Source of the DNA: the human T2T-CHM13v2.0 reference genome, Homo sapiens | Length of the DNA stretch: 64,000 nucleotides | Direction: 5' to 3' (one strand) | NCBI RefSeq assembly: GCF_009914755.1 | Contig: NC_060941.1 | Part shown: positions 14,437-29,724 of the stretch, in pieces | Position numbering within the stretch: the stretch's first letter is position 1 | How the letters are laid out: each line of letters opens with the position of its first letter | Translations under genes and position numbers: made by a program | Notes under the pieces: generated by a model | Told to the model about the DNA's origin: nothing | What the model saw: only the letters and a program-made list of their open reading frames with translations | The model's database searches: none

Positions 14437-14595
14437 ACTATAAAGCTAAAATCAAAAGGACTAACAAGTGTTGACAAGAATGTGGACCAAATGGAACTCC
14501 ATCCATTGCTGGTGGAGAGTGAAGTGGTGCAACCACTTTGGAAAACTATTAAACTTTTACCTATCCTATGGCTCAGCAACTGCACTTCCAGATAT

Positions 14596-14955
14596 TGTCT
14601 TAGTCCATTCGAGTGGCTCTAACAAAATACCATAAACTGGGTAGCTTATAAACAGAAATTTATTTCTCACAATTCTGGAGGCTTGGGAGTCCCAGATCAA
14701 GGCACTGGCAGATTGTATCACTGGCTTCTTGGCCACAGACAGCACCTTGTTGCTGTCTTCTCACATGGGTCTCTCTTGGGCCTCTTATTAGGGGATAGGT
14801 ATCATGAGGGCACCCTAATGATCTAGTCATGCCCCAAAGGCTCTACCTCCTAATACTAGGAGGTACTGCTAACACTAGGCCCTAACTCCTAATACCTTAG
14901 GAATTAGGATTTCAACATGTGAATTTGGAGGGGATGCAAACATTTAAACCACAGC
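14596..14955 (-). mobile_element. MLT1A/MSTD-like MaLR LTR
   Basis: 'tgtcttagtccatt...aacaaaataccataaactggg...ttcaacatgtgaatttggagggg...aaaccacagc'. Confidence 0.8.
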
Positions 14956-15139
14956 TGTATTTACTCAAGAGAAAGGAAAACAAATGTCCGTAAGAAATAC
15001 CTGCACAAGAAAATTCACAGCAACATCATTTACAAAAGCCACAAACCAGAAACAATCCAAATATCTATCAACAGAAGAAGAGATAGTATATTAGTACATA
15101 TTAATATAGAGAGAAAATATATATAGTAACATGTACTAA

Positions 15140-15477
<338 letters not shown>

Positions 15478-15892
15478 TGTACTTTATTAATTATATGTGT
15501 ACTGATACAATGGAATACTACTTAGGAATTAAAAGTATCAAACTAGTGATAGGTACAAACTTGCATGAATGAGTCTCACAGATACTGTGTTGAACAAAAG
15601 AAGAAAGACACAAAATAGTACTTGCTGTACTGTTCCCTTTATATGAGGTTCAAGAGCAGGCAAGCCTCATCAACAGTAATAGAAATCAGAGCTGTGATTG
15701 CCTCTGGAAAGAGTGGGATTGACGGGAAAAAAGCACAGGGAATTTTTATACTTTGACTGGAGAGAGGTTCGGTTGCATGGGTATTTCCATTGTCAGAACT
15801 CATCAAATTGTACACTTAAGATCTGTGCATTTCCTTTTTTTGTTAATTTTACCTTTAAAAATGCTACAAAAGCACAAGTTTAAAAAGAACTG

Positions 15893-16224
<332 letters not shown>

Positions 16225-16259
16225 CAGAACACGACACAATGGGAAACCTAATGGGTTTT

Positions 16260-17165
16260 GCCTGGTTTGCCTGCCCTATAAGATCTGGCCCTACCTAGAC
16301 AGGACCCTATCTGGCAGAGCTCACTCCTTTACTCACCTTGCTCTTGCCTTGCCAGCTTTTCTTTTAGTTCCACAAGCACATCAAGCTCATACCCCTGGGA
16401 ACCTTTGCATTTGTGTTCCCCCGCGCCCACCACCCCCTGCCGCCATTTCCAGAGTTCTTTCCCAGATCCTTGCAGGACTGTGTTCCTAAGAGAGGCTCCA
16501 TGGATCAGGTTTCCTGCAGAAAAGGGATGGCAGGCGAAACAGGGAAAATGGAGGTGAGTTCAGAAAGAGACCATTTCCAAAGCCGAGGCCAGAGTGTAGG
16601 GAGCCCACTAGATAGAATACAGTGCCTGGTGCTCATGCCCCTGGGCCTGAAAGGGGTGGGGGAGGAGAACGGGAAGCCCTTTCCAGAAAGTGTTGATCTG
16701 TCCGGATGAGAGCCAGGAAATAAAACCCAGCTTCACTCTCCTTCCTCCCTCCTGTCCCTGTCAGTGCTCCCCATGGGCAAACTGAATCAGAACTCAGAGG
16801 GCAAGGGAGCCCTCGGCTATAGGTCAGCCCCTGGACACGGAGTGGAGAAGGATGGAGAAGAAATTTAGGGGATCAAACATAATATTCAATGCAGACACTG
16901 CCCCTGGCTTCCCACCTACACAGCGATTCGGTCCCGTTCCCTTCTTAATTTCTTCATGGTACTTACCGCCACCTGAACTCATCTTACTTTCTTATTTGGT
17001 GGCTTGCTGCTTACCAAACGCCCCTCCTCTAGAATATAAACCCCAGGAATCTGGGGACTGTCCTATCTATTAACGTATCCCTAGTGCCTAGAACAGTGCC
17101 TTGTACTTAAAACAGATGCACAGTCTGCCATAAATCCTTTGAGAAAATGAGCAGATGGGTACATT
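16260..17165 (+). mobile_element. L2 3' fragments interrupted by old MaLR-like LTR (~16480-16895)
   Basis: L2 motifs 'cctttgcatttgtgttccc', 'cctagtgcctagaacagtgcct'; LTR motif 'cagagggcaagggagccc'. Confidence 0.55.
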
Positions 17166-17216
17166 ACTGCCTCCCAAGCAGGCTGCCAGACACAAGCTAG
17201 CACATTCTCTCCAGAC

Positions 17217-17660
17217 TTTTTTTTTTTTTTTTTTGTAATTAACACACTTTTTTTTTACAGCAGTTTTAAGTTTGTAAAAAAAAAAAAAAGATGGGAAAGT
17301 ACAAATTTCCCCAATCCCCTTTCTCCCTGCCCCCACCATTTCCCCTGCTATTTATACCTTGTATTAGTATGGAACACTTGTTATAGTTGATGGACCGATA
17401 TTGACACACTATGATTCACTAATGGCCATATTTTACATTAGGGTTTGCTCTATGTTACGCTGGTTTGACAAATGTAGAATGACATGTGTCCATCATTGCG
17501 ATAACATACAGAACAGTTCCACTCCCCTAAAAAAAACTCTGTGCTCTACCTATCCATCTCTGTGCCCTCCCCATGAGCCACTGGCAAGCACTGATCTTTT
17601 AACTGTCTTCATTGTTTTGTCTTGTCCAGAACGGCATATAGTGAGAATCACACAGTATCT
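17217..17660 (-). mobile_element. L1M 3' end (antisense)
   Basis: Poly-T followed by 'tttgacaaatgtagaatgacatgt...cactggcaagcactgatcttttaactgtc'. Confidence 0.75.
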
Positions 17661-17879
17661 CCATCATTTTGACCCCTGTGGCACTACAGATCTTCCACAA
17701 ACATTTACCAAATACACAAATGAATGGATGAAAGGACTCAGAGATGCCCACATTCTGTAGGGTTTGGAGCATCCCATGGAGCAGTGAGCCCAGGCCCCTT
17801 CCCCTATTTGGGGTCGAGACCTTCATTGCATTCCCTCGTTTGCCCTCCCCTTCCCCAGCCTCACTCGACGTCTTCATCC

Positions 17880-18145
17880 CTTTTAAATTATACAAAGATT
17901 TCCGTGTATGAAAGCTAATTTAGACACCATAACAGAGACTGTATTTAATGTAAATGGAAGAAGCGGAGGCAGAAGGATTTATGGAAATAATAACCGGCCT
18001 GTAATAACACGGAGTGGGTCACCTGCTTAAGAAACAGTGGATTAAGGAGAAGGAAATTTACCTCCCAAAAGAACGAATGTCACTGGAAAACTGCCGCAGT
18101 GCCAAGTCTTGGATGATCTTATTAAATCCCATAGATCTTATTATG
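17880..18145. promoter_or_regulatory. Candidate enhancer (AT-rich homeodomain motif cluster)
   Basis: Repeat-free; GATTTATGG (17976-17984), GGATTA (18039-18044), several TAAT/ATTA. Confidence 0.35.
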
Positions 18146-19619
18146 TTTCCTACCAGGAGAGACTACTTCTTTCCCTGGTTCATAAGAAGGGCCAAAGTGA
18201 GGTCTAAAGTAGAAAAGGGGAAGGGGAGGGCAAGGGGCAATTCCCAGAAAGGCCTGGAGTCAGCGCCTACCGGGCCGAGGGCCCTGTGTGCACATAGCCC
18301 AGCACTGGCCACACGCTCTGGGCATGGCATAGAGCCCTGAGGGTGGGCAGGGGATTCCTGATGCAGGAGGATGGGGAGTAGATAAGGATCCAGGAAGCAG
18401 GAAGCTGCCCATGCATGACAGATGGCTCTGACATCACAGATCCCACCCTGTGCAGGCGTGGGTAACAGGGAGGTCCCTAGCCATGTTTCAGACAGCTGGG
18501 GTGCAACAGATGCCATGCCCGAGATGGTGGTTGGAAGTAGCAGGAGGCTTTGGATACATGGGCAAGCTCCTCATTTAGGGAAACCTGGGTTCAAATCCCA
18601 GCCCCACTCCTCACTGTCTGTGTGATCTTGAGTAAATCGTAAAATTGGCGTCACCTATTCCCAGCACTGAGTCAATTCTCACTCTGTCCATTCTTCTTGG
18701 GAAATTAGCCCCAGGACCAGGATGGCCCTGCCCAGGAGGAAAGAAGCCTCCTGGCTGCTAGCCAGATTCAGACCTGGATGCCTTCCGGTAAGAGTAGGAG
18801 CCGTATAACCACCCCCCAACCTTATCAAGAACCCTTGTTCCCAGGAGAAACATCAGCTCCCCCAGGCCTTGCTGTCATCCCCAGCATGGAGCCCAGTGGG
18901 GACACACAACCCTGCTGGCTGTGAGTTTAACCTCTGCAGCTGGTGCCCCATCCTGAGCCTCTCCCTGCTCCTGCCCTCCCCACCTCCTTTCTGCATAAAG
19001 GTTTGTTAGGAAGTGGCTAAGCTAGAGAGGGCCATTGGGGACCACAGACAGAGATCGCACGCTACAGGATTATGGCTGTTCCATAGTGCACTGCAGCTAT
19101 TTGAATACATTTGCATGAACTCACAAGTCTCAATGCACTTATTGTGGGATGTCCTCATATTGGTTGGGGGGAGGTGGGGGGAAATGGAGGGGAGGGAGAC
19201 CTTGCCAGGGAATGAAGGCAAAGCCACCTGGGCCAGGAAGAGGGGGTGGCTTCCAAAAATCCCAAGAAGCCATTCTGGAACTTCTTAGAGGACTGTCTCC
19301 ATCTGGGACCTCAAACCAAGGTGGACAGGACACAGGCTCATCTCCCTGCAGGGAACCTGTTCCTGAGTTCCTCTCGCAGGAGTCCTGAATGAGGAGGGCT
19401 TGGGCGCTGAGAAACAGGAAGCATCATTTGCCTGGTGCAAGTCAAAGATGGGCCACCCACAGGGCTTGCATAGGGAACCATGGCTCACCTCCTCCAAAGC
19501 TGTGCTCCAATCCCACCTCCACAGCGAGTCATTCCCTGACCACATTATTAATTCTGCAACCGACTCCCCATCCTGACCCTTCCCCATCATCCTATTCCTT
19601 TTACTCTCTGCTCTACTTT

Positions 19620-19825
19620 TTTTTTTCAATATCACTGTGGACTTCTAACGTACCACATGGCTTCCTAAGTTATTATGATCATTGTTAGGTTGAGCTCCAC
19701 ACTAGAATGTAAGCCCCATGAGGGCAGCAATGGTTGTCCGTTGGGTTCGCTGATACATCCCAAATGACTAGATCTGTTTCTGGAACACAGCAGATGCTCG
19801 ATAAGTACTTCTTGAGTGAAAGCAT
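19620..19825 (+). mobile_element. L2 3' end
   Basis: 'ctagaatgtaagccccatgagggcag...ggaacacagcagatgctcgataagtacttcttgagtgaa'. Confidence 0.7.
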
Positions 19826-19850
19826 AGATCAACCCCTTAAGAAAAGAAGT

Positions 19851-20266
<416 letters not shown>

Positions 20267-21385
20267 TCATTTATTCCCATTCCGCATGCTGTTCCCCGGC
20301 CTCCCTGGGAATCTCTGTCCAGGTGTACAGTAACCCAAACCTAAGCCATATCCCCAGCCTAAACAGCACGAGGAAAACCTTCTGAAAGTTGATGGGAACA
20401 CTTAAGACAAACCCAGCATTTTGCTCAGAGGGCAGCTGTGGGGCTGCCCCACACTCAGAGGCCCACTCAGGGCCCCTGCACTTCTGGGATAAAATGGGCA
20501 AAGGGATGGCCCTGCTGGGAGCAAAGCAGCCCGGCCACATCTCCCTGGCTGCGCTCAGCTGACAAGGTCCTCAGCTTCCCCTCCTGCGGGGTTCTTCATC
20601 ATCCCAGAAATGTTTGCATTTGCAGGTTGCAATTAACATTAGCCTTGGAAGATCTCTGTTTTGTGGGAGCCTCTTAATGAAGCCATTGTTCTTGGCACCC
20701 GCTCCACCCCCACCTCATCCCAGCACCCACACACACTCACACTGCGTTCTATTTGGGCTCTCGGGAAATGATGGACCGGGAGCTACTCAGGGATTGAGGT
20801 GGCCTCCAGGGTCTGGGCAGCTTCTTGAGACCCAAAAGGTCTTCTACCCTATAATATGGGCCCCATCACCCAGGGGGTGCTACAGAGACTATGGGTCTGA
20901 GAACAAAGGAGAAATTAGGAATCAGAAAGAGAAAATCCACTTTCCCTCCCCCAGGCAAGGCCCCTGCCTGGGAAAGCCAGGCAGAAGCAGGGGCGTTGAG
21001 GGAGATGGAGGGCTGGCCGGGAGTCCGCACATGCAGACGAGGCGGGAGTGCCTGAGACTGAGAAATACAGCAGCCTCTCAGAGCAGCAGGCGTTCCAACA
21101 GAATGACTTCTTTTAATCTAAATTTGATGAGACCAGGGTGCCTTTCACCTAAGAGAGAGGGAAGGGAGTGTACTCCTTGCTCCCTGGCCTTGAGTCCTCC
21201 CTCCCCCCGCCACCCCACCTCCCCTGCAGAACCTGTCTTGCCTTCTCAGGCCACTTCCTCCTCTTTCATGCCACCAGGAATGCCCCGGCTGCGGCACACA
21301 CATTCCTCGGTGACCAGGGTGTAATTCTTATTGACCTGATGTTTTTCTTATCACTGCCCGGCCAGAGCTCCCTGAGTTCCCCAAG

Positions 21386-21496
21386 GGAGTGATCAAAAGG
21401 ACTGGTTTGCCCAAGACTGAGTGGATTCCCGGAATGCGGGTCTTTCTGTGCTGAAACCAGGAAAATCCTCGAAAGCCAGGGTGGTGGATCACCCTA
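21386..21496. mobile_element. MER81-like hAT-Blackjack MITE
   Basis: 'gagtgatca...ggtttgcccaagactgag...gtgctgaaaccaggaaaatcc...gatcacccta', ~110 bp. Confidence 0.7.
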
Positions 21497-21704
21497 TTCC
21501 AAAGAAGGTTTCAAGGGGCTCATGGGAGACCCTTCCCCGAACAGCTGGACGCCATCCTGAAGGCCGGAACACCTATTGTGACATGAGGTCTCCACCTGCC
21601 CAGGGAGGAAGCTGGGTCTTATGACTTGTCACTATACCCCTGTCTGCTCCACTTCAATGCTAGCAGCACTTTCAAACAATTAAGCAGACATAAATCCTGA
21701 AGGC

Positions 21705-22081
<377 letters not shown>

Positions 22082-22209
22082 TCATCTGTGCCCACCTCTG
22101 TCCACCCTGCAGTGCCACTATCTTGATCACCTGGGCTGGGTGAAACAGGGCTAACTGATTGGGACAGCCCAGCCCAGCCCAGTTGCCAATGTACCAGGAA
22201 TACACTCAG

Positions 22210-22669
22210 TGTTATGGGTTGAATTATGTCCCCAAAAAAGATACGTTGGGCTCCTAAACCCCAGTACCTATGAATGTGACCTTATTTGGAAATAGGGTCT
22301 CTGCAGACGCAATCAAGTGAAGATGGGGTGGTTAGGTTGGGCCCTAATCTAATATGACCAGTGTCCTTAGCCAAAGAGGAAAATGTGGACACAAAGAGAA
22401 GACAGCCGTATGACAATGGAGGCAGAGATTGGAACGATACGTTATACATGCATCCTTACGGAGCCAGGGAATGCCACAGATAACAAGAAAAGACCAGAAG
22501 CTAGGAAAGGGCAACGGAGCACCCTGCACTGTAGGTTTCGGAGGAAGCATAACCCTGCCGACACCTGAATTTCAGACTCTAGCCCGCAGAGCTGTGAGAC
22601 CAGGCATTTCTGTGCTTGAGGCCACCCAGTTGCAGATCTTGATTCCAGCAGCAACGAGAAACTCATGCA
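22210..22669 (+). mobile_element. MLT1B/C solo LTR
   Basis: 'tgttatgggttgaattatgtcccc...gaatgtgaccttatttggaaatagggtc'. Confidence 0.85.
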
Positions 22670-23169
22670 CCAGGCCAACATAGCGGATCAGACCGAGAAA
22701 CCACAAGGAAAGTGGAAACCAAAAGAGGGAGTGGGAGCGAAGTGGATCACCCTGGCTCCGGGGCTGCCTAGGGTCCCCGCTGGAGCTGGGGAAAATGATG
22801 GAGCTCCAGCCATCAAGCCACATGGCCAGGACTTTAGCCGTTCCCATGCTCAACCAGGCCAGAGTGCTGCCTTGCTCCATCTGTAGCCCTGCCTTGTGCA
22901 ACGTCAAAGTGGCCAGGCCATGGGCCACCTCCTGACCCCACTGAGCCCAGCTCCAGGGACTCAAGTCAGTGCCAAGTCTTCTCTGCCTCCTCCCACTCCC
23001 ACTCCAAATGGAAGAGACAGGTAAGGTCAGGCTGCAGGCATTTCATTCCCTGCTGAGTCCCCGGGAGAATACCAACCAGGACTCAGAACTAGCCTGGCAC
23101 CTGGAAACCATAGCCCCACTTTATTTCTGTGTTCCTCCTGGAGACCCCCTGAAATAAGTGTCTGAGCCT

Positions 23170-23500
23170 GCCAGGTTCTCCCCAAGGCAGAGCCTGAGAT
23201 GAGGACATTTGTAGTAGGGGTGTCCTATCTGGGAGGCCACCCCAGGGAGCAGTAATGAAAGAACAAGAGGGTGACATAGGGACAGAAGAAAGCCAGCACA
23301 GGAGTGCTGTTGAGACCACTACTGTGAGCAGCAGGAACTCCTTCCTCCGGGACCTCTGAAGAATGAATGGCACAGAATGCTGCCCAGAACTGTGCCCTGT
23401 AGGACTAGGGGCGGGGGCAATAACCCACTGCCCCCACATTGCCTGGCTGCAGATGCTCATAGACCAGACAAGCACCTTAGAAGCTCCCACCAGCATCCTC
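23170..23500 (-). mobile_element. LTR16/LTR33-like ERVL LTR fragment
   Basis: 'ggcagagcctgagatgagga...tgggaggccaccccaggga' resembles antisense LTR16-group end. Confidence 0.45.
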
Positions 23501-24899
23501 CAGGTTGGAGGAGCCGGGGGCAGAGATGGGAAATGTATGCCCTTGCTTGGGGCAAGATGGCATCAGTGTGGTCACAGTGGGAGCCTGCAGGGCACCGTCT
23601 CCTGGCTGGCCTGGATCAGAGGTGGGGCGGAGCAGATGCAGGTCAGGCAGCAGACTGCCTGCTCAGTAGATAAATCTTTCTGCAGACCTTTGAGGAATGA
23701 CTCATCACTTATACCCAGGTGGGGAATTTGTCTTCCCCTTGCAGGTCTAGGTTAAGAAAAACAGAGAGAGGGTGGCACATGATTGAGAGCTTTTGATGTT
23801 AAGTTTCCCTGTGTTACCAGCCCAAGAAACCCTCCGGTGACGGGCAGGCCTGCTCGGGGACAGAGCACAGTGTAATCAGGGATCGTGTCTGCTTCAGAAG
23901 TGGCCTGGAGCAGAGATCCCAGCAGCCAGGGTGGCTGGCAGGAGAGAAGCAAGCCAGACATCCCTGCTCCCCTCTGCCTGCCTGTCTTTCTAAGTCCAAA
24001 AGCCAGCACAGGCTATCCCCACCCTGAAAATAGGCTGGGATCCAAAAAGTGTTTTGAAACATCTGCTGTTTGGAACTGGAAAGCACCTTCTCATTGAAAT
24101 AAGACTGTGCACAGCTCCTCAGGCCCCAGCCCAACTCACAGGAAACCCACTGAGCGTGGCCCACCAAAACACCATGCAATCAACGGGGTGAGCACGTCAT
24201 AGAGTCCCCTTGGAAAGCACAATCACGGTCACAACTCAGGGAGCTAGAAGCACAGAGTTCCCTAGGCAGCAAGGTCAGGGGATCCTCCTCTTCCCATCCT
24301 CTCAACTACTGGGCAGTGGCATGGGGCAGTTTCCAAGCTCCAAACTTCTGATGGCAATCTTATAGCCAGAGCGAGGACTCCAGCAAACAGGACCGGGATG
24401 AAGCTGGAGGAACTTGAGGGGCTTCTGAAGCTCAGATTCATCTCCAGGAGCTGAGGAGGCACAGGGGAAAGCCCAGGAGAAGGTGGCACTGTACCCTCTT
24501 TCTGGCCGTATCTTAGGATGAAGAGGGTAGCCTCTGCCCAAGGATTAGATGGAAGTCACTACAAGTCACCAGCGCCTGTGGCTAAGGCTGACTCCCAGCC
24601 TCCTGGATTCTCCCCTGCTGCTCAGACCACAGCTCCTGGAAGCTCCTCCCTCAATGTCTATGGGCTCCACTGGGACTCAATCCCCAATCCCCAGCTCACT
24701 TCTCTGAGGACCCAACACAGCCTCCATCTTCTGGACAGGCCAGCTGAGGCCCAGCATCACCCGGGAAGCAAGTGCCAGAATCTAGACCAGGACACAGAAC
24801 CGCTCACCCCCAGCCGGCCCACCTACTCACCAGGAAGGTGCAAGGAAAGCTCCTGTTTCTCGGGTAATGAAGGCCGCTCAGCCTCTGCTTGGGGATGGG

Positions 24900-25080
24900 A
24901 GCCTGGAGCGTATCTTTTGGGAAATTACAGGTATCACTTTATCTTTCCAGGGGAAAAAATAACCATGGAAAACGCCTGCAATTACAGCTCATCACCACTG
25001 ACTGTGTAACTGCAGCCTAAGTGCCTGGTAATCAGAAGACCGCAGACAATGAGAATTTGGCTTTATTTAGCACCTTTCTA
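24900..25080. promoter_or_regulatory. Candidate enhancer
   Basis: Repeat-free; repeated AATTACAG, TAATC, ACAAT motifs. Confidence 0.25.
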
Positions 25081-25494
25081 CTCCTCCACCTCCAACCCTT
25101 TAGCATGATGTGACAGCAGGAGCCTGGTTTTGCAAACACTCGATACAGCCTTTCCACAGTCTTTCCATACAAAGATCGGGCCACTGACCCTTGGCTGTCC
25201 ACGGAAATGTCAACTTCTTTTCTTTCCCCAGAGGTCTGGCTGAGTGTTACTGGGCCACCTGGCCCCTCTCAGTCCCTTGCTCTCGTCCGAATTTAGTCTT
25301 TTATTCAACCACATTTGTGGAGTGTCACCTCTGTAGCAGCCATGGAGAGAGGAGCAAGTAACACAGCAGTGAACAAGCCAGGCAAGGCCCTGCCCTCCTG
25401 GGGATTACATTCCAGTCTGGGAAACAAAGAGTACACAGGGAAACCTGTAAATACAAGAACCACAGCACATCACCAGAACTATGAAAAAATCTTA

Positions 25495-25816
<322 letters not shown>

Positions 25817-26179
25817 TTACAGGTGATGGGGTGGATAGCAACACACAGGGACACATTAGGGTGGTCAGTGAAGGCGTCTCTGAAGAGGTGACATGCCCAC
25901 TAAAACATGAGGGTGAGGACAAGTGGTTCGTTACAGTCAAAGGTGAGAAGGCAGCAGATGCAAAGGCCATGGGGCAAAAACATCTTACTGGGCCTTTAGA
26001 GCTGTGTAAAAGCTAATGAGTGCCCAGAACACAGTGAGAACAGAGGAGAATTGCATAAGCTGAGCTTGAAAAGGCAGCAGAAGAGATGCCACATGACACA
26101 AAGGAGTTTGGATTTGAAGCCGATTGGTAGGTTTTAACCAAAGGGACGAAATCATATGATTTGTATTTGGAAAATATCA

Positions 26180-26606
<427 letters not shown>

Positions 26607-26774
26607 TTACCTATTTGCGTTTGGGAGAAGAGGCCACAAGCTGGATTAGTGATAATGGAGGTGTGACGATGTGGAGAGGATGGAGCAGATGCTCCCGGAG
26701 TCTGTCCGAGCAGCTGGGTGGACGGGAAGGCCATCTGCCAAGGAGGACAAGGTTGCTAAAGGCATGTACAGGAC

Positions 26775-27264
26775 AGAAGTGCTGGTCCACAGCCTGTTTG
26801 CTGCCAAATCCATCCCTTATGCTGCCCTTGCCCTTCTCCGTGTCTCAGAGGGGTGCTGACCTCAGCATTTCCCAGGCTCCTGTGTCAGCTGGGTTCAGCC
26901 AGTGGGAGACACTGGTAGGGGATTGAAGGGCAAGAGTAGCGGAGTTGGGACATCTCCCTCCCTCTCTGCTTCAAGCAGAGTCCAGGAAGCAGGTGTTATC
27001 TCCTCTGAGGCTCCAGCTCCCAGGAGGCAGCTCCCCTGGCTGTGGTTCCCGCTGGGTCTCCCCAGCCCCTGGGGTCAAGGACCCATCTCTGTTCCTTGTT
27101 CCTCCAACCACAAGTAGTTAAACTTCCTGCCTTTGCTAACCTCTGGGTTTCTGCATCATTCCTTGTTTGGTTTCTCAGTTTTTCCATTACCTGTGTAACC
27201 AAATTCCGTCTGCTTTAAAAATTTAGAGTGGTGTATGTAATTCTGATTGGACCTTGACTGGTAC
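26775..27264 (+). mobile_element. LTR33-like ERVL solo LTR
   Basis: 'gggttcagccagtgggagacactgg', ends 'ccttgactggtaca'. Confidence 0.55.
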
Positions 27265-27536
27265 ATGAAATGCCTGGATGAGGTGGGAGGTGCAAAGCTG
27301 GTCCATGTGGACCTTAAAATTTTAATCTTATATTGATCCTGCCTCCTAGAATTCCAAGTACCAGCCTCCAACAAGCAGAGTTAACCACAACTCCCTTTGG
27401 AACATAAAACCACAAGGTCCAGAGGCTGAAAAAAACCTTAAAGATGCCCTAGCCCTAACTGTTACCCAATGCTGGATGCCCTTTGTAATGCCTTACCAGA
27501 TTATCTTAAGCCTGGGCTAATCACCTTCAGTGACGG

Positions 27537-27950
27537 TGTATTAGTTAGCTGTTGCAATTATAATGCTGTGTAACAAACCATCCCAAAACTCAGTGGCTTA
27601 AAGTAACAAGTAGTTTATTTTCTTGCTCATAGGTCTGCGTGTGGCTCAGATGTTTCTCCTTCAAGCTGAGGGCTTGGTAGAGCTTGGTTCCAATTGGGTT
27701 CAAGTCTGCTCTATGTGTCTACACATTCTCTGGAGACCAGAATCCACCTAAGCACTCTTCTGACAGACCACAAGCTCTCAGGAGGATGAGCCAAACCACA
27801 CGACATCGGAGGCCTCTGTTCGCATCACATCTAACAGAATTCCACTGCAAGTCACACAGCCAAGAGCAATGCCAATGGGGTAGGGAGATATACCCCACAA
27901 GATCACGTGACAAAAGGAATGCATGAAGACTCAGGAATGATAATGCAACC
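27537..27950 (-). mobile_element. Old MLT1 LTR
   Basis: 'tgtattagttagct...gctgtgtaacaaaccatcccaaaactcagtggcttaaa'. Confidence 0.7.
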
Positions 27951-28001
27951 AGTAAAAGGTTTCCTCTGTCCTGATTTTGAGCTGGAATCTGCCTGTCTGT
28001 G

Positions 28002-28653
28002 TGTGATGGTTAATATAGGTTGGCGCATCATTAAAAGTGATAGCAACGACCCCAATTCCTTTCGCACCAATGTATATTAGGTGTCAACTTGATTGGATTG
28101 AAGGACACCTAGATAACTGGTAAAGTATTATTTCTGGGTGTGTCTGTACGGGTGTTGCCAGAGAAGATTGACATTTGAGTCAGTGGACTGGGAGAGGAAG
28201 ACCCATCTTCAGTGTGGGTGGGCACCGTCCAATTCAGCTGCCAGCGCAGCTAGGTCACAGCAGGCAGAAGGAGGTGGGATCAGCTTGCTTGCTGAATCTT
28301 CCGGCTTTCATCTTTCTCCGGTGCTGGATGCTTCCTTCTGCTCCTTCTGCCCTTGGACCCCAGAATCCAACTTCTTCCGCCTTTGGACTCTGGGACTTAC
28401 ACCAGTGGCTTGCCAGGGACTCTCAGGCCTTCGGCCACAGACTGAAGGCTGCACTGTTGGCTTCCCTGCTTTTGTGCTTTTGAGGCTTTTGGACTCGGAC
28501 TGAGCCAATACCAGCTTCTTTCTTCCCCAGCTTGCAGACAGCCTATCGTGGGACTTCACCTTGTGATCATGCAAGCCAATTCACCCTAGTAAACTCCCTT
28601 TCATATAGACATAGATCCCATTAGTTCTGTACCTCTGGGAACCCTCTAATACA
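28002..28653 (+). mobile_element. MLT2A/B ERVL solo LTR
   Basis: 'tgtgatggttaata...gtgtcaacttgattggattgaagga', ends 'ctaataca'. Confidence 0.9.
28016..28074. mobile_element. MADE1 (Hsmar1 mariner MITE), internally deleted
   Basis: 'taggttggcgca...caattcctttcgcaccaa' mariner TIR ends inserted at a TA in the MLT2 5' end. Confidence 0.65.
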
Positions 28654-29447
28654 TGATGTTAAGCCAAGTTTTCTGTATCCCTGTTCTTCCACGTGATATA
28701 CTAGACAACCTCCTGCGGGTCCGAAGCCCACTTTTAATCTTCTGCCTCATGAACCTCCCCGATTTCTTTAAAGTCCTGATTTTCAGACCTGTCATCCTGT
28801 TTGCTCCCCTCTGAATATGATCCCATTTTATTTTGATTACACCTCATGCATAATGTCCACAACCAACTGCACTTGGTATTTTCTAACCATGACAGATTCC
28901 TTGTCCCTGTGGCAAGGAATCACTAGTGGAAGCTGAGTCCATATAAGCAAGAGAAGGCAGCTTCCCCCAAAGCACTGCCTCCAGAAGGTTCTCTTGGTTA
29001 TGCCACCCACACAGATGATCTCTCCTCTTACGCTGAACCCCACAGTTCTCATGCATCGCTAGGCCTGTGCTTGTTGACAAGCTGCTTCCGGTCCTTAGCC
29101 TTGGGTCCATGGACGGACATCATAGCTCTATTTGGGCCTCGAGAACTTAGAAGACAGGGTCTTCTTTGGGACCACAGTACCTGGTACCAGGGTCTGGGAG
29201 CCCCTAAGTCTATGTTTGATGATTGGTCAAGTGGTCATGATTGAGGGGCTCAAGTAGCTTTGCCCATAGACACTCAACTATTCTTTAAGGGGTCAAGTCT
29301 GAGCTCTTCCTAAAGCAGCCTCCACCAGAATACAAAGCTGGGTGTGAGATCTCAGCACTAGCCCTAGTAAATATCTCAACCCCTCTAGACTGTAGAGATG
29401 TTTACAGGAGCTGTCTGCACTGATTTAGGCTGGTCAACTGGAGGGAG

Positions 29448-29448
<1 letters not shown>

Positions 29449-29496
<48 letters not shown>
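29449..29496 (+). repeat. (CA)24 microsatellite
   Basis: 48 bp perfect CA repeat. Confidence 0.98.
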
Positions 29497-29497
<1 letters not shown>

Positions 29498-29724
29498 CTA
29501 AGAACTCAACAGGATTTTGAAGGCCTAAGCAAAGCTGACAACTGATCTACAGCCTCCTTCCTTCAGCTGGAAGGAATCTCATATCCAGGGAGGGAAGAGG
29601 CAGCTGTAGCTGAGAAATAGAATAGGGAATGCCTCATCAGAAGGATGGAATAGCAGGCACTAGAATTAAAGGGGGACTTTTCCCCATAATGTTAGTGGAA
29701 CCCTTGGCCAGACAGCTTCTCCAG

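Noticed and set aside
20614-21324. Longest ORF (236 aa)
   Set aside because: Non-ATG start, Pro/Ser/Arg/Gly-rich composition typical of GC-rich non-coding DNA, no recognisable domain or exon structure.
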